Below are positions 1 through 11,332 of a stretch of DNA of 64,000 nt, one piece after another. A program made the translations under genes and the position numbers. Each line of letters begins with the position of its first letter. The stretch's first letter is position 1. Location of the stretch: positions 868,001 to 932,000 of the forward strand of contig NC_088308.1 in the NCBI RefSeq assembly GCF_910592395.1. The letters run 5' to 3'. The notes below the pieces were generated by a model, which was given only the letters and a program-made list of their open reading frames with translations, was not told the origin of the DNA and searched no databases. The DNA is from Lineus longissimus. Lineage: Eukaryota.

Positions 1-145
1 GGACTCCCAATACTCTATGACGGGCTTACACAGTTACAAGTACATGCTTGTACACAATTGAATGCACTTATGCGTGTGTGTACTTGCATGTACATGTTTA
101 TGTATTTGATTACAACATACCAATAAAGACCATTAAATTGAAAGG
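1..145 (+). other. 3' UTR (exon 4) of an upstream copy of the peptide gene
   Basis: Matches the terminal exon of the other copies; AATAAA at 122-127. Confidence 0.75.
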
Positions 146-2307
146 ATTGTTTAGTGTTCATTATTCGTCGTGCTTAACCTGAATCGAAAGCATGTTGCAA
201 TTACTATCAGAATCCAACTAAATGGAATGCCCTCGAATGCCTGTAGATTCATAAGGTCGGTGAATCTCAACTCTGAAATGTCTTACAGAAATGTATAGAG
301 GCAATTTTTCCCTCTTTACTTGCACTCAGCATGGGCCAACCCAGCATGGGCTAACCCAGCGCTGTTCATGATCAGGATTTTAGGAAGGGGGAGTCTGAGC
401 CTCGGTGAGCCGTATAATGAGGCTGGATTTACATTCAATTCACGTTTGATATACGTTTCACATATGCCACCTGTAATTTACTAAGTCACCATGTCATGAC
501 ATGACGAGAGGATGGAAAGTGACAGCATCATGTAGACCTAAGCAGTGACGTGCTCTCCCGTTGATCAAACGGCGAGAGAACCCCGACCTCCCCTGCATGC
601 CCGCGCATCTATCGGAGGTCGCGACTATCGTCAGGTATGACAGGTAGGCTGGGGGCAATCTCCAGGCTGACATTGAATATATCCTCTGATGCAGATACTT
701 TCCTCGGCACTTTGCAGGGCAGCCTGCTCGGTCAGTTAAAGTCCTGCTTTGAATACACAAGAGTAGGTAAGTTCTCGGTCATTCTCTGGTTGGTTCCCAC
801 AACAGGGCACGTCATATTACGGGTCACTCAATTATCGACGAATTGGTCAAATCAGTAGAATGAATATGATAAGACTGAAGGCCAGTCTTATCATTCCACA
901 AGTGAGGCGTAGACTTTAAAACTGACCTACCAAGCTAAATCAAGCATTTACGCGGTCGCTACAAGTGCAGAGGGTTAGAAGCGTCGATATCCACCACGAA
1001 AATGTCAGTTGCGAACGAAGGTAGGTCTGCATCCGCACCCCGAGGGGAGCTCATCTCGCCGAGGGATCTAAATTCATAAAATGAACGTTTTCTAGTAACT
1101 TCCTAAATTTGGCCGACACATAATCAAGTTTCCTCAGCTAACGTAACTCCCCATTCCTCATTCACTACTTTCTTGAACCAGCAGTTTGAAAACTTCATGT
1201 GGCGAGTCGAGCATTCGACAAGAGAAAACTTGATTCTGATTATCCATTCAATGATTCGCCAGATCCTCATTTGAATATTCTTGCATACGTCATGATTACT
1301 TCGTTTCCCTCCGTAAAGGTCTTATTGCTTGGAAAGAGCATGGGTGGAATTCACCAAGGCATTTTAACGTGCGTGCAATTAAAGACCGATTATCTGATAC
1401 ACGAAGGATAAAACAGTGTAGTATTCTACATCACATTAACCCCCTCTCCCCGCAGTTCCTCATCCGCCGATCATATCATACTTTGAAGGTAGTGATAGAT
1501 TAGAAAAAAACACGATGAAAAAAACCTTTGGGAAGAGCGTCACATCACAGTGAATAAACAGCCCCTACGTCTAACCCACCGACCCATGAACTCCCTACAG
1601 TGGACGTATATGTTCTCTTGTTTGTTTCTTGCCTCTCATCATTCTCGTTTTGTTTGTTTTTTTAGCGACGGACACGTGCCAATCGTAAAAAGCGAGGAGC
1701 GAGCAAGTGGAATAAAACCACTTATCCAAAAAAGGAGAGTCTTGATTTCCCTGTACCTGAACAGTCACATGATTAAACCCTAATTCAACCGAGTTTGTGT
1801 TGTTTTTCTTTTTGATATGATGATCGCCACTGGTTGGTGGTATAAAGGAACAAGACATAGACCATCTGATAGACCTCTGTGTCTGTGGATGACTTGGAAG
1901 CAGTTGGAGTCGCGTCCTATGCCCATCTGACGCCATTCCCCGCTCTTTACATGTGTTTTCCACACTGCGTGTGTCTCCATTGTCAAGGTCCACACCTGGT
2001 CAGCTGATTGAGATGAACTGAACGAACCTGTTCCTATCACTGCTGCTCTGCGGTAGATCTCAGAAAGCCTTTAAAACATATCGTTACTATCATCGGCTGG
2101 TCATACAATCGTTAGACCTACCCCCAATGTGGTCAGTTCGTTCGCTTATAAAACACCCCTGGGGTACTCTAGCCACTCACTGTAAGAATTGCATATCATG
2201 CATACTTACACGGAATTGACTACGCAGGACAATTCCTGCCAGGAGCTCCGGCGATTATGATTGGGACATCCATTTGAATAGCATCTGTTCCCCGGAGTTT
2301 ACACTTT

Positions 2308-2566
2308 AGGGCGGGTTTACACAGGATTCACGTTGTCACGTGTCAGGATAGTCACGTGTTACCTGTCACGAACATAGTCGTTAATTGACTTAGGCTGAAA
2401 ACATGTCATAACAGGACCTGGGGAAAAAGTGAAATCGTAAATCATACGTGTGGCCCGCTCTTCAGAAATGACTTGTTTGTTAAAATAATATTTACACATT
2501 ACATGTAATAATCATTTTAACTCTACTCTATGTAAACCCAAAATATTCTATGTAAACCCATCCTTG
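2308..2566. mobile_element. Degenerate Tourist/Harbinger-like MITE (present in every unit)
   Basis: Imperfect terminal inverted repeats AGGGCGGGTTTACAC / TGTAAACCCATCCT about 260 bp apart, with no coding capacity. Confidence 0.35.
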
Positions 2567-3602
2567 ATTACATTTCTGGTAATAATAGTTACACTTGGAT
2601 GTTTGTTTAACCAAAAGTGCATTCGGCTTGCTAATCCGCAGTCACCCTGCGTCATAATAAAGACGGCGATCTACATGTACATGTACAGGCCCGTCGCATC
2701 AGCGTTGTTTTTGTATTTTCGCCGTGCTGCGTAGTTACGCACTGGAGCGACAAAATAAACAGAGATTTTGCGTTCGAGGCTCAAGAACACGTCGTTGCCA
2801 CGTTCTTGACATGCTCGCCAATGGTGTGGAACGGGGTTAAATACAGCCTTCCTGTAACAATAAAAAATATTGTTTACACCGCTTGTTCTCAACTCATCGC
2901 AAAGGACCGAATTAACTTTTTGAGTTGAGTCCTCCGTCTGTCAGCTGACCATGTCCAGATTATTTAGACATTCAGTAAAGTTGTTTCTTTTACCGACATG
3001 TTAACACCGGTAACCAAGGTAACAACATGGCAGCAGATGATTAGTTACGGTGAAAGTAATATTGTTTTAAAGGTGCAATTCTTCATTGAAATTGACGTTT
3101 CGGACGGCCGCTGAAATTTTCTGAGTTCAAATATGAAATGGCTAAAATGGCATAACATGAAAAGATGCAAGGGTGAAAAGTGACATCGTAAATCCTATGT
3201 CGCCCACTATTAAGAATATTCTTAGCTTTACACAGTACAAAATGCACTCTCTGTTAACTCGACGGAGGATTTCAACAAATACCGGTGTAAAAGAAATGCA
3301 AGTCCGCCCGGAACCAAGGTCCTACGGACCTTGGTTCCCAAGGAATGGGGGCCCTACGGGCCCCCATTCCTTGGGAACGGTTGTCCTAACCGGACTTCCC
3401 TTCCTGGGCTACGATTCCTATATATATAAAAGGAAGGTAGGACTTTGATTACTGGGGGACTTAGATTTCTTTTATAACAGTGACAGAAATTGAGGTCCCC
3501 GTAACCAATGTCCGTACCCACTTAAATTACATACGCATGTACTACGGTATATAATAGAACATGCGTTCAAACATTTAAAGTTTTGAGATATCTGCCAGCC
3601 AA

Positions 3603-3675
3603 TCCCCCATAGTGTAGTGGTCATGGTCCCTGCCTAGTAAGCAGAAACCGCTGGTTCGAGTCCCGCTCGGTCTAT
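3603..3675 (+). pseudogene. tRNA-like sequence (Thr-AGT-like) inside the Ginger element
   Basis: A box TAGTGTAGTGG, anticodon arm CTGC-CTAGTAA-GCAG, B box GGTTCGAGTCCC, followed by a T run. The acceptor stem does not pair. Confidence 0.6.
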
Positions 3676-3820
3676 TCTTTTTTTGTTTATTTCTCTACAT
3701 TACATCTTGCATAATCGATTACAATCATTCGAGTGACTCAACATTCAATCATGATCATCAGTGTAGCCAAGGCCTATAAAACGCAAGTGGAAACTTGTAT
3801 TGGCCTTCATTCCTGCCGAG

Positions 3821-5449
3821 ATGTCAACCGAAAGAACACCTCATGACCCGCACATTATTTTTCGCTATTTACGGGACCATGCCTATCCAGCTCGTTGCAG
3901 TCTTTCGAGGAAGCGGTCCATCCGCCGAGCAGCAAAGAACAATTTTAAGGTAAGTTTGGACTTGGATTCCTAGGAAAGCAGATCTGAGGACTTAGATTCC
4001 AAGGAAAGCTGGTCTGGGGGACTTGGATTCCGAGGAAAGCAGGTCTTGGGGACTTGGATTCCGAGGAAAGCTGGTCTGGGGGACTTGGATTCCTATAGGA
4101 AAGCAGGTCTTGGGACTTGGATTCCTAGAAAAGAAGGTCCGGGGGAGTTAGATTCCTAGGAAAGGAGGTCTTGGGGACTTTTTTTCCTAGGAAAATAGGT
4201 CCGGATGACTGGAGGAAGCTTATTTTTGAGAAGGCTATTGATGCGCTGCGTAGGATTTTGGTTATGATGTTTCAAATTCAATCAATATATAGACCCCATG
4301 CCATAGCATAGGCCTTTTCCTCTCCAGCGCGAAATCTAATGGTACACTTTTTCGACAAATATGTGCAACAAATTCGGTGTTGCTGATCTAGATTTCAATA
4401 CATTTTAATGCGTGTACGCACGACTACAGTGTTCATCCCAAACAGGCAATTTTGTTGCAAGCAAAAAAATTTCAAATTTCTAAAAAAAAACTAGACTGGG
4501 AAGCAACAACCATGAATGCTTTCACTGTTAACACCAGCATACGTCTTTTTACAGCTTGAACGCGGTGAACTCATGTATCGGCGACTGAAAAAGAAGATAA
4601 ACGACGTCCCAGGCACTTACGATGATGCTGACCAAGATGGGGAATTACACGAAAGTCCTTGGCGCAAGGTCCTTATGACGCCAAAACAGATCGATGACGC
4701 GCTTGCGAATCTCCATTCGTCGGCCTTAGGTAAGCGATGGATGGTTAATTTATGCGTAGTGTTTACTGATGTGCTTACTGTTCTAAGGATACACTTGAAC
4801 ACTTATATCAAATAATCAATCATTATTCATTTTAGGGAACCCATTCTTCCTGAAGATGTGGATGAACCTGAGGGAAACGCCGAAGCAGACGAACCCCGAC
4901 CAAGTGGGAGTGAACAACATGCAGAGGTCAATAAGAGAGTTACTAGAATGCGAGAGTCTATAGGGCAGAAAGTGCTTAAAAACATCAAGAAGGCCCAGGG
5001 GCGACAAGAAACGCATTACAACAAGAGGAGGATCTCTCAAAACGTGTTAGACAAAACGTATTCATGTATTATTCATGAAAATGTTGCTTCATTTGACCAT
5101 GCGAAGATGACGTCACTGATCTGAAGAAGGGAAATGTTGCAAAGAAGCTATTGTCTAAGGCAAGTGGCACCTTGCATGTATTGCAAACTTCTGTTCTCAA
5201 ACTTCATATTTCTTTTTGTTGCAGGATATCCCCGTTGGAACTAAGGTCCTGAAGAAAAATTTGGTACGATCGGATCGAAAAGGGGGAAAATCTGCGTTAC
5301 CTTGGCTGGGCCCGTATGTCATAAGGAGCAAGACCAAGAGCGGGGGATACTTGTTAACGAACGAGGATGGTATCCACTTGAAATCCTCAATAAACGGGGC
5401 GAACTTAAAGATATGGCATGAGGGGCCGTCTGAGAATGAAAAGAAATAA
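3821..5449 (+). pseudogene. Ginger transposase remnant lacking the DDE core
   Basis: Exons: 3821-3949 (MSTERTPHDPHIIFRYLRDHAYPARCSLSRKRSIRRAAKNNFK|gtaagt); 4555-4729 (LERGELMYRR...ALANLHSSALG|gtaagc, start of the Zn-binding region); 4836-~5043 (REPILPED...AQGRQETHYNKRR); 5225-5449 (DIPVGTKVLKKN...GGKSALPWLGPYVI...NGANLKIW). Exon 2 ends in phase 1 and exon 3 starts in phase 2, and the catalytic core is missing. Confidence 0.8.
3957..4210. repeat. Degenerate ~30-bp tandem repeat in Ginger intron 1
   Basis: About 8 copies of GGACTTGGATTCCTAGGAAAGCAGGTCTGG; related motifs recur near both ends of the element. Confidence 0.85.
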
Positions 5450-6099
5450 ACTACGTTCCAGTCTTCATGTCACTGTCAACACATTATCAATACCACAATA
5501 TGTATCAATTCTGGTTAAAAACAGAGTGATTTGAGAGCCCAATTCAAGAGCAGGGTATGATACTAGTATTTATGTCAACCCTTGTGAATACTTGCATTAA
5601 ATACAGAATCTGGTTAAACAGAATGACTTGTTGATTTCTTTATGTACATACATGTACAGTACAAGGCGAATGAAATTGTAAAAGCCATTGCCATAGAAAA
5701 TCGGTAAGCTGCAACACCTCACTGCGAATGAAAATTAGGTGCAGGCACTTTGAGTAGAGTAATGTATCTTCCTTGAAAATCTACTGTAGTTTTGCATAGG
5801 ACTTGGAATACTAGTTTGTTCTAGTAATGGAAGTCCACCTAGGACGGAGATTACTAGATTTTGGACCTACATTCCAAGGAGTCGCGGTCCAAGGACATTG
5901 GTTGCTAGTAACCTAAGTCCTAGGACTCCAGCTCCTAGCCGTCCAGGACCGTAGGACTTAGATTCCCAGGAGTTAGAGTCCGGCGGACTCCAGCTAGGTA
6001 GGTCGTGGGTTACTTTTACACCGGTATTGGGGGAGTGCTGCACCTTTAGTGCAAATACCGTTGAATGACCGCCCATCAATAAGTCGATATTTGGGCCGA

Positions 6100-6134
6100 T
6101 ATATGGAAGTTTCAGGCAATAGATTTCATCAGTT
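6100..6134 (+). promoter_or_regulatory. Core promoter of the peptide gene (also at 11245-11279, 17979-18013, 24697-24731)
   Basis: TATA-like TATATGG at -31 relative to the A of an initiator TCAGTT, which lies 57 nt upstream of the ATG. Confidence 0.6.
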
Positions 6135-6187
6135 GCTGCTACAAAGTTGTCCAGTGTCTGTCTAGTATCTACCAATCACCGACGAAG

Positions 6188-7359
6188 ATGAAGAGTACCC
6201 TTGTCATCGTGCTGTTGGCGACTTGCGCCAGTCTCTGGATGGTTCATGCCGGGCCGGTATTTATCGACGATGGATGTATGTACACGTATGATTTCAAATC
6301 CTTAGTGTTATTTTGGACACCATCACTCCTCCTGATCCCTCCACCGTCAGAGGACAGAAGTCCTCCCGACCATTATCATTTTCGTTCATTACAGCTTTGA
6401 GCTGTATTCGAGATATATGAAGTTTTTCGCTGTTTTCGAAAATTTATGAGGGCTTATTCCATACCAAAATGTTATTTACATGTTCAACCATTTGGAAGTA
6501 TCGCCACGCAGAGAATTGTATACAATTCCCTTGTCTAATCTCATATGCAGCCAACGTGCAAGCAAGAAGTAGTGACCCCGTCATTGGGAATTGGAAGAAA
6601 CGATCAGATACCAATGTGCCCGAACCGGCGTAAGTCACTTTTTTCACATGTTTATTCTGAAAAATCATCCAACACATTTCAAGATGGGAGATTCAAAATA
6701 CGATAATACTTTTGGTCAATCGGAATGACCGGAGATACATGTAAATGTACATAAACCGAAACTTTATAAAGGTGTTCCATCGGCTTCCCGCCTCGCGTCC
6801 GTCACGTTCCTGCATGCTTCCCGTCAAAGCCTCCACGGACGTTTCTCGTTACCGTCTTGTCACGTATAAAACATCGTTATTCCCGTCACGTTACGCCAAC
6901 GTGTTGTCATTCTCTTCCGTTTAAAAAACGGTTGATATGAGGTTAATCCCAACCAGAGATGTAGAAAAATTGTTTTATATCTGGTGTGACATACACAGCG
7001 CAATGTGTAAATCCCGTTTGAACCCTATCCGACGCACGGCTATGTCCGCTGGCTAGTATCACTCTAAGCTATCATCATTCGTGGAGAAGGTTGAAAAGCA
7101 GTGCAAATACTAAGGTTGTTTACGCGATATTAGACCCAACCCAACCAAACCAGACCAGATCAAACCAGATCACCTTCGTGCGCGTTTACACGGCAGAACA
7201 ATCTAGAACGATCCGAATCGATAGATCGGTTTAGTCCCGCGTAAGCGGGCGGCCCTGTCGAAAAACGCAATTTCTTGTTTTGTCCAGTTGTTAAAGTCAC
7301 TTCGTCTTTTTTTCCACAGGAAAACTAAATTTGGTTGGTATTACCCCCGACCACATTAA
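6188..7359 (+). CDS. Secreted prepropeptide copy A, 68 aa: join(6188..6275,6551..6629,7320..7359)
   Basis: GT-AG introns with compatible phases (1 then 2) give MKSTLVIVLLATCASLWMVHA-GPVFIDDGSNVQARSSDPVIGNWKKRSDTNVPEPA-KTKFGWYYPRPH*. Hydrophobic signal peptide with a VHA|G cleavage site. 3' UTR intron 7377-8245; AATAAA at 8424-8429. Confidence 0.8.
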
Positions 7360-7671
7360 AGACCTATGATGAAATAGTGAGTAATTTCATGTTACGCTGA
7401 ATCCTGGCAAGGTAATTTTTAAAGTCAAGGTCAGAGCATGCCGATCTACCGGCGTTGTGCGTCCTGTGAAAAGGAGGAGACTTAAGGATTATGTGGTTGG
7501 AGACTTCTAGCGGGTCATAAGCTTATTTGGTTAAACAATTTTGAAGATTTCGACTTGGGTCCTCGCTAAACTTTCAAACCCCACATGGACGTCAAGGAAC
7601 TTTTCCAAAACCGATATTTTTTTCCAAAGACCATATTTCATATACCCCAAAGCTAAACCTCGGCTATGGGC

Positions 7672-7799
7672 ACATTGGGTGATATGAATAAAGACTAGCA
7701 AATGCTTTTACTTCAATTTTGTACAGAAAGACCTGGTGTATATGTACATGAAGTTTTAGATAAAAGCATTTGCTAGTCTTTATTCATATCACCCAATGT
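7672..7799. repeat. Perfect 39-bp inverted repeat with a 50-bp spacer in intron 3 (present in every unit)
   Basis: ACATTGGGTGATATGAATAAAGACTAGCAAATGCTTTTA (7672-7710) and its reverse complement (7761-7799); probable MITE or foldback remnant. Confidence 0.85.
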
Positions 7800-10700
7800 C
7801 TACAGCGCCCTTTGCTTATGCATCACAGTGCATTTGCAATGCATTTACTGTGCTTCATTGAGGATTTTGGGGCGGGATGTTGCACTAGTGACGGAAGGGC
7901 CAATAAGTCCGGCATAGCTGGTAATTGCCAAACTCTGAGGGAAGAAGCTGGAACACGCTTCAACGCTTCTCTTTATTTCCGACTGAATTTGACTGTGCAT
8001 TTGATGTCGAACACAAAAGAAGAAGAATGAAAATAAGCAGGATATGTCATCTATACTTAATGAAGTGACCCGAATACCAAGTGACTCTATGCCACATTAT
8101 TTGCTAGCGTATCATACACACCTTGATTTGTTCAGGTATTTATGGCTAAGGAGGCAATGCGATCGTACAATATGAAATCTGATACGAGTAGTGTATTTTA
8201 CATCTGTCGCTTGGGACATGTAGAGTCTCTGCTTCTATCTTTCAGGTCATGAGTATCGGGTAGAGAAAATTCCCACAGCAAGCTGAGGACACGCGTCTCC
8301 TGGACTCCCAAATACTATATAACGGGCTTACACAGTTACATGTACATGCTTGATCACAATTGAATGCACTTATGCGTGTGTGTACTTGCATGTACATGTT
8401 TATGTATTTGATTACAACATACCAATAAAGACCATTAAATTGAAAGGATTGTTTAGTGTTCATTATTCGTCGTGCTTAACCTGAATCGAAAACATGTTGC
8501 AATTACTATCAGAATCCAACTAAATGGAATGCCCTCGAATGCCTGTAGATTCATAAGGTCGGTGAATCTCAACTCTGAAATGTCTTACAGAAATGTATAG
8601 AGGCAATTTTTCCCTCTGTACTTGCACTCAGCATGGGCCAACCCAGCATGGGCCAACCCAGCGCTGTTCATGATCAGGATTTTAGGAAGTGGGAGTCTGA
8701 GCCTCGGTGAGCCGTGTAATGAGGCTGGATTTACATTCAATTCACGTTTGATATACGTTTCACATATGCCACCTGTAATTTACTAAGTCACCATGTCATG
8801 ACATGACGAGAGGATGGAAAGTGACAGCATCATGTAGACCTAAGCAATGATGTGCTCTCCCGTTGATCAAACGGCGAGAGAACCCCGACCTCCCCTGCAT
8901 GCCCGCGCATCTATCGGAGGTCGCGACTATCGTCAGGTATGACAGGGAGGCTGGGGGCAATTTCCAGGTTGACATTGAATATATCCTCTGATGCAGATAC
9001 TTTCCTCGGCACTTTGCAGGGCAGCCTTAAAGTCCTGCCTTGAATACACAAGAGTAGGTAAGTTCTCGGTCATTCTCTGGTTGGTTCCCACAACAGGGCA
9101 CGTCATATTACGGGTCACTCAATTATCGACGAATTGGTCAAATCAGTAGAATGAATATGATAAGACTGAAGTCCAGTCTTATCATTCCACAAGTGAGGCG
9201 TAGACTTTAAAACTGACCTACCAAGCTAAATCAAGCATTTACGCGGTCGCTACAAGTGCAGAGGGTTAGAAGCGTCGATATCCACCACGAAAATGTCAGT
9301 TGCGAACGAAGGTAGGTCTGCATCCGCACCCCGAGGGGAGCTCATCTCGCCGAGGGATCTAAATTCATAAAATGAACGTTTTCTAGTAACTTCCTAAATT
9401 TGGCCGACCCATAATCAAGTTTCCTCAGCTAATGTAACGCCCCATTCCTCATTCACTACTTTCTTGAACCAGCAGTTTGAAAACTTCATGTGGCGAGTCC
9501 AGCATTCAACAAGAGAAAACTTGATTCTGATTATCCATTCAATGATTCGCCAGATCCTCATTTGAATATTCTTGCATACGTCATGATTACTTCGTTTCCC
9601 TCCGTAAAGGTCTTATTGCTTGGAAAGACCATGGGTGGAATTCACCAAGGCATTTTAACGTGCGTGCAATTAAAGACCGATTATCAGATACACGAAGGAT
9701 AAAACAGTGTAGTATTCTACATCACATTAACCCCCTCTCCCCGCAGTTCCTCATCCGCCGATCATATCAAACTTTGAAGGTAGTGATAGATTAGAAAAAA
9801 ACACGATGAAAAAAACCTTTGGGAAGAGCGTCACATCACAGTGAATAAACAGCCCCTACGTGTAACCCACCGACCCATGAACTCCCTACAGTGGACGTAT
9901 ATGTTCTCTTGTTTGTTTCTTGCCTCTCATCATTCTCGTTTTGTTTGTTTTTTTAGCGACGGACACGTGCCAATCGTAAAAAGCGAGGAGCGAGCAAGTG
10001 GAATAAAACCACTTATCCAAAAGTGGAGAGTCTTGATTTCCCTGTACCTGAACAGTCACATGATTAAACCCTAATTCAACCAAGTTTGTGTTGTTTTTCT
10101 TTTTGATATGATGATCGCCACTGGTTGGTGGTATAAAGGAACAAGACATAGACCATCTGATAGACCTCTGTGTCTGTGGATGACTTGGAAGCAGTTGGAG
10201 TCGCGTCCTATGCCCATCTGACGCCATTCCCCGCTCTTTACATGTGTTTTCCACACTGCGTGTGTCTCCATTGTTAAGGTCCACACCTGGTCAGCTGATT
10301 GAGATGAACTGAACGAACCTGTTCCTATCACTGCTGCTCTGCGGTAGATCTCAGAAAGCCTTTAAAACATATCGTTACTATCATCAGCTGGTCATACAAT
10401 CGTTAGACCTACCCCCAATGTGATCAGTTCGTTCGCTTATAAAACACCCCTGGGGTACTCTAGCCATCCACTGTAAGAATTGCATATCATGCATACTTAC
10501 ACGGAATTGACTACGCAGGACAATTCCTGCCAGGAGCTCCGGCGATTATGATTGGGACATCCATTTGAATAGCATCTGTTCCCCGGAGTTTACACTTAAG
10601 GGCGGGTTTACACAGGATTCACGTTGTCACGTGTGAGGATAGTCACGTGTTACCTGTCACGAACATAGTCGTTAATTGACTTAGGCTGAAAACATGTCAT

Positions 10701-11332
10701 AACAGGACCTGGGGAAAAAGTGGCATTGTAAATCATACGTGTGGCCTGCTCTTCAGAAATGACTTGTTTGTTAAAATAATATTTACACATTACATGTAAT
10801 AATCATTTTAACTCTACTCTATGTAAACCCAAAATAATTCTATGTAAACCCATCCTTGATTACATTTCTGGTAATAATAGTTACACTTGGATGTTTGTTT
10901 AACCAAAAGTGTATTCGGCTTGCTAATCCGCAGTCACCCTGCGTCATAATAAAGACGGCGATCTACATGTACATGTACAGGCCCGTCGCATCAGCGTTGT
11001 TTTTGTATTTTCGCCGTGCTGCGTAGTTACGCACTGGAGCGACAAAAGATGCAAGGGTGAAAAGTGACATCGTAAATCCTATGTCGCCCGCTATTAAGAA
11101 TATTCTTAGCTTTACACAGTACAAAATGCACTCTCTGTTAACTCGACGGAGGATTTCAACAAATACCGGTATTGGGGGAGTGCTGCACCTTTAGTGCAAA
11201 TACCGTTGAATGACCGCCCATCAATAAGTCGATATTTGGGCCGATATATGGAAGTTTCAGGCAAAAGATTTCATCAGTTGCTGCTACAAAGTTGTCCAGT
11301 GTCTGTCTAGTATCTACCAATCACCGACGAAG

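Larger units (their letters stand above)
3286..6020 (+). mobile_element. Ginger1-type DNA transposon, internally deleted (2735 bp)
   Basis: Absent from the other units, where the empty site reads AATACCGGTATT. Termini are TGTAAAAG...CTTTTACA with a CCGG target-site duplication (3282-3285, 6021-6024). It carries intron-split fragments of a Gypsy-integrase-like protein. TGT ends, a 4-bp CCGG TSD and a GPY/F motif are Ginger1 hallmarks. Confidence 0.85.

Noticed and set aside
494..2310. Recurrent short ORFs in each unit (70-132 aa)
   Set aside because: They recur only because the DNA is duplicated. They have non-ATG starts, frame-breaking indels in some copies and no recognisable domain, and a minus-strand donor/acceptor pair near 2180-2209 gives no coherent frame.
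6188..6400. 70-aa single-exon ORF from the track (and its copies)
   Set aside because: It reads through the GTATGT donor at 6276 into intron 1; the spliced model has consistent phases and explains the variable exon.
7271..7293. Upstream alternative acceptor (TTGTCCAG at 7287) for exon 3
   Set aside because: It would give an almost immediate stop and leave the amino-acid-changing variation unexplained; minor use cannot be excluded.
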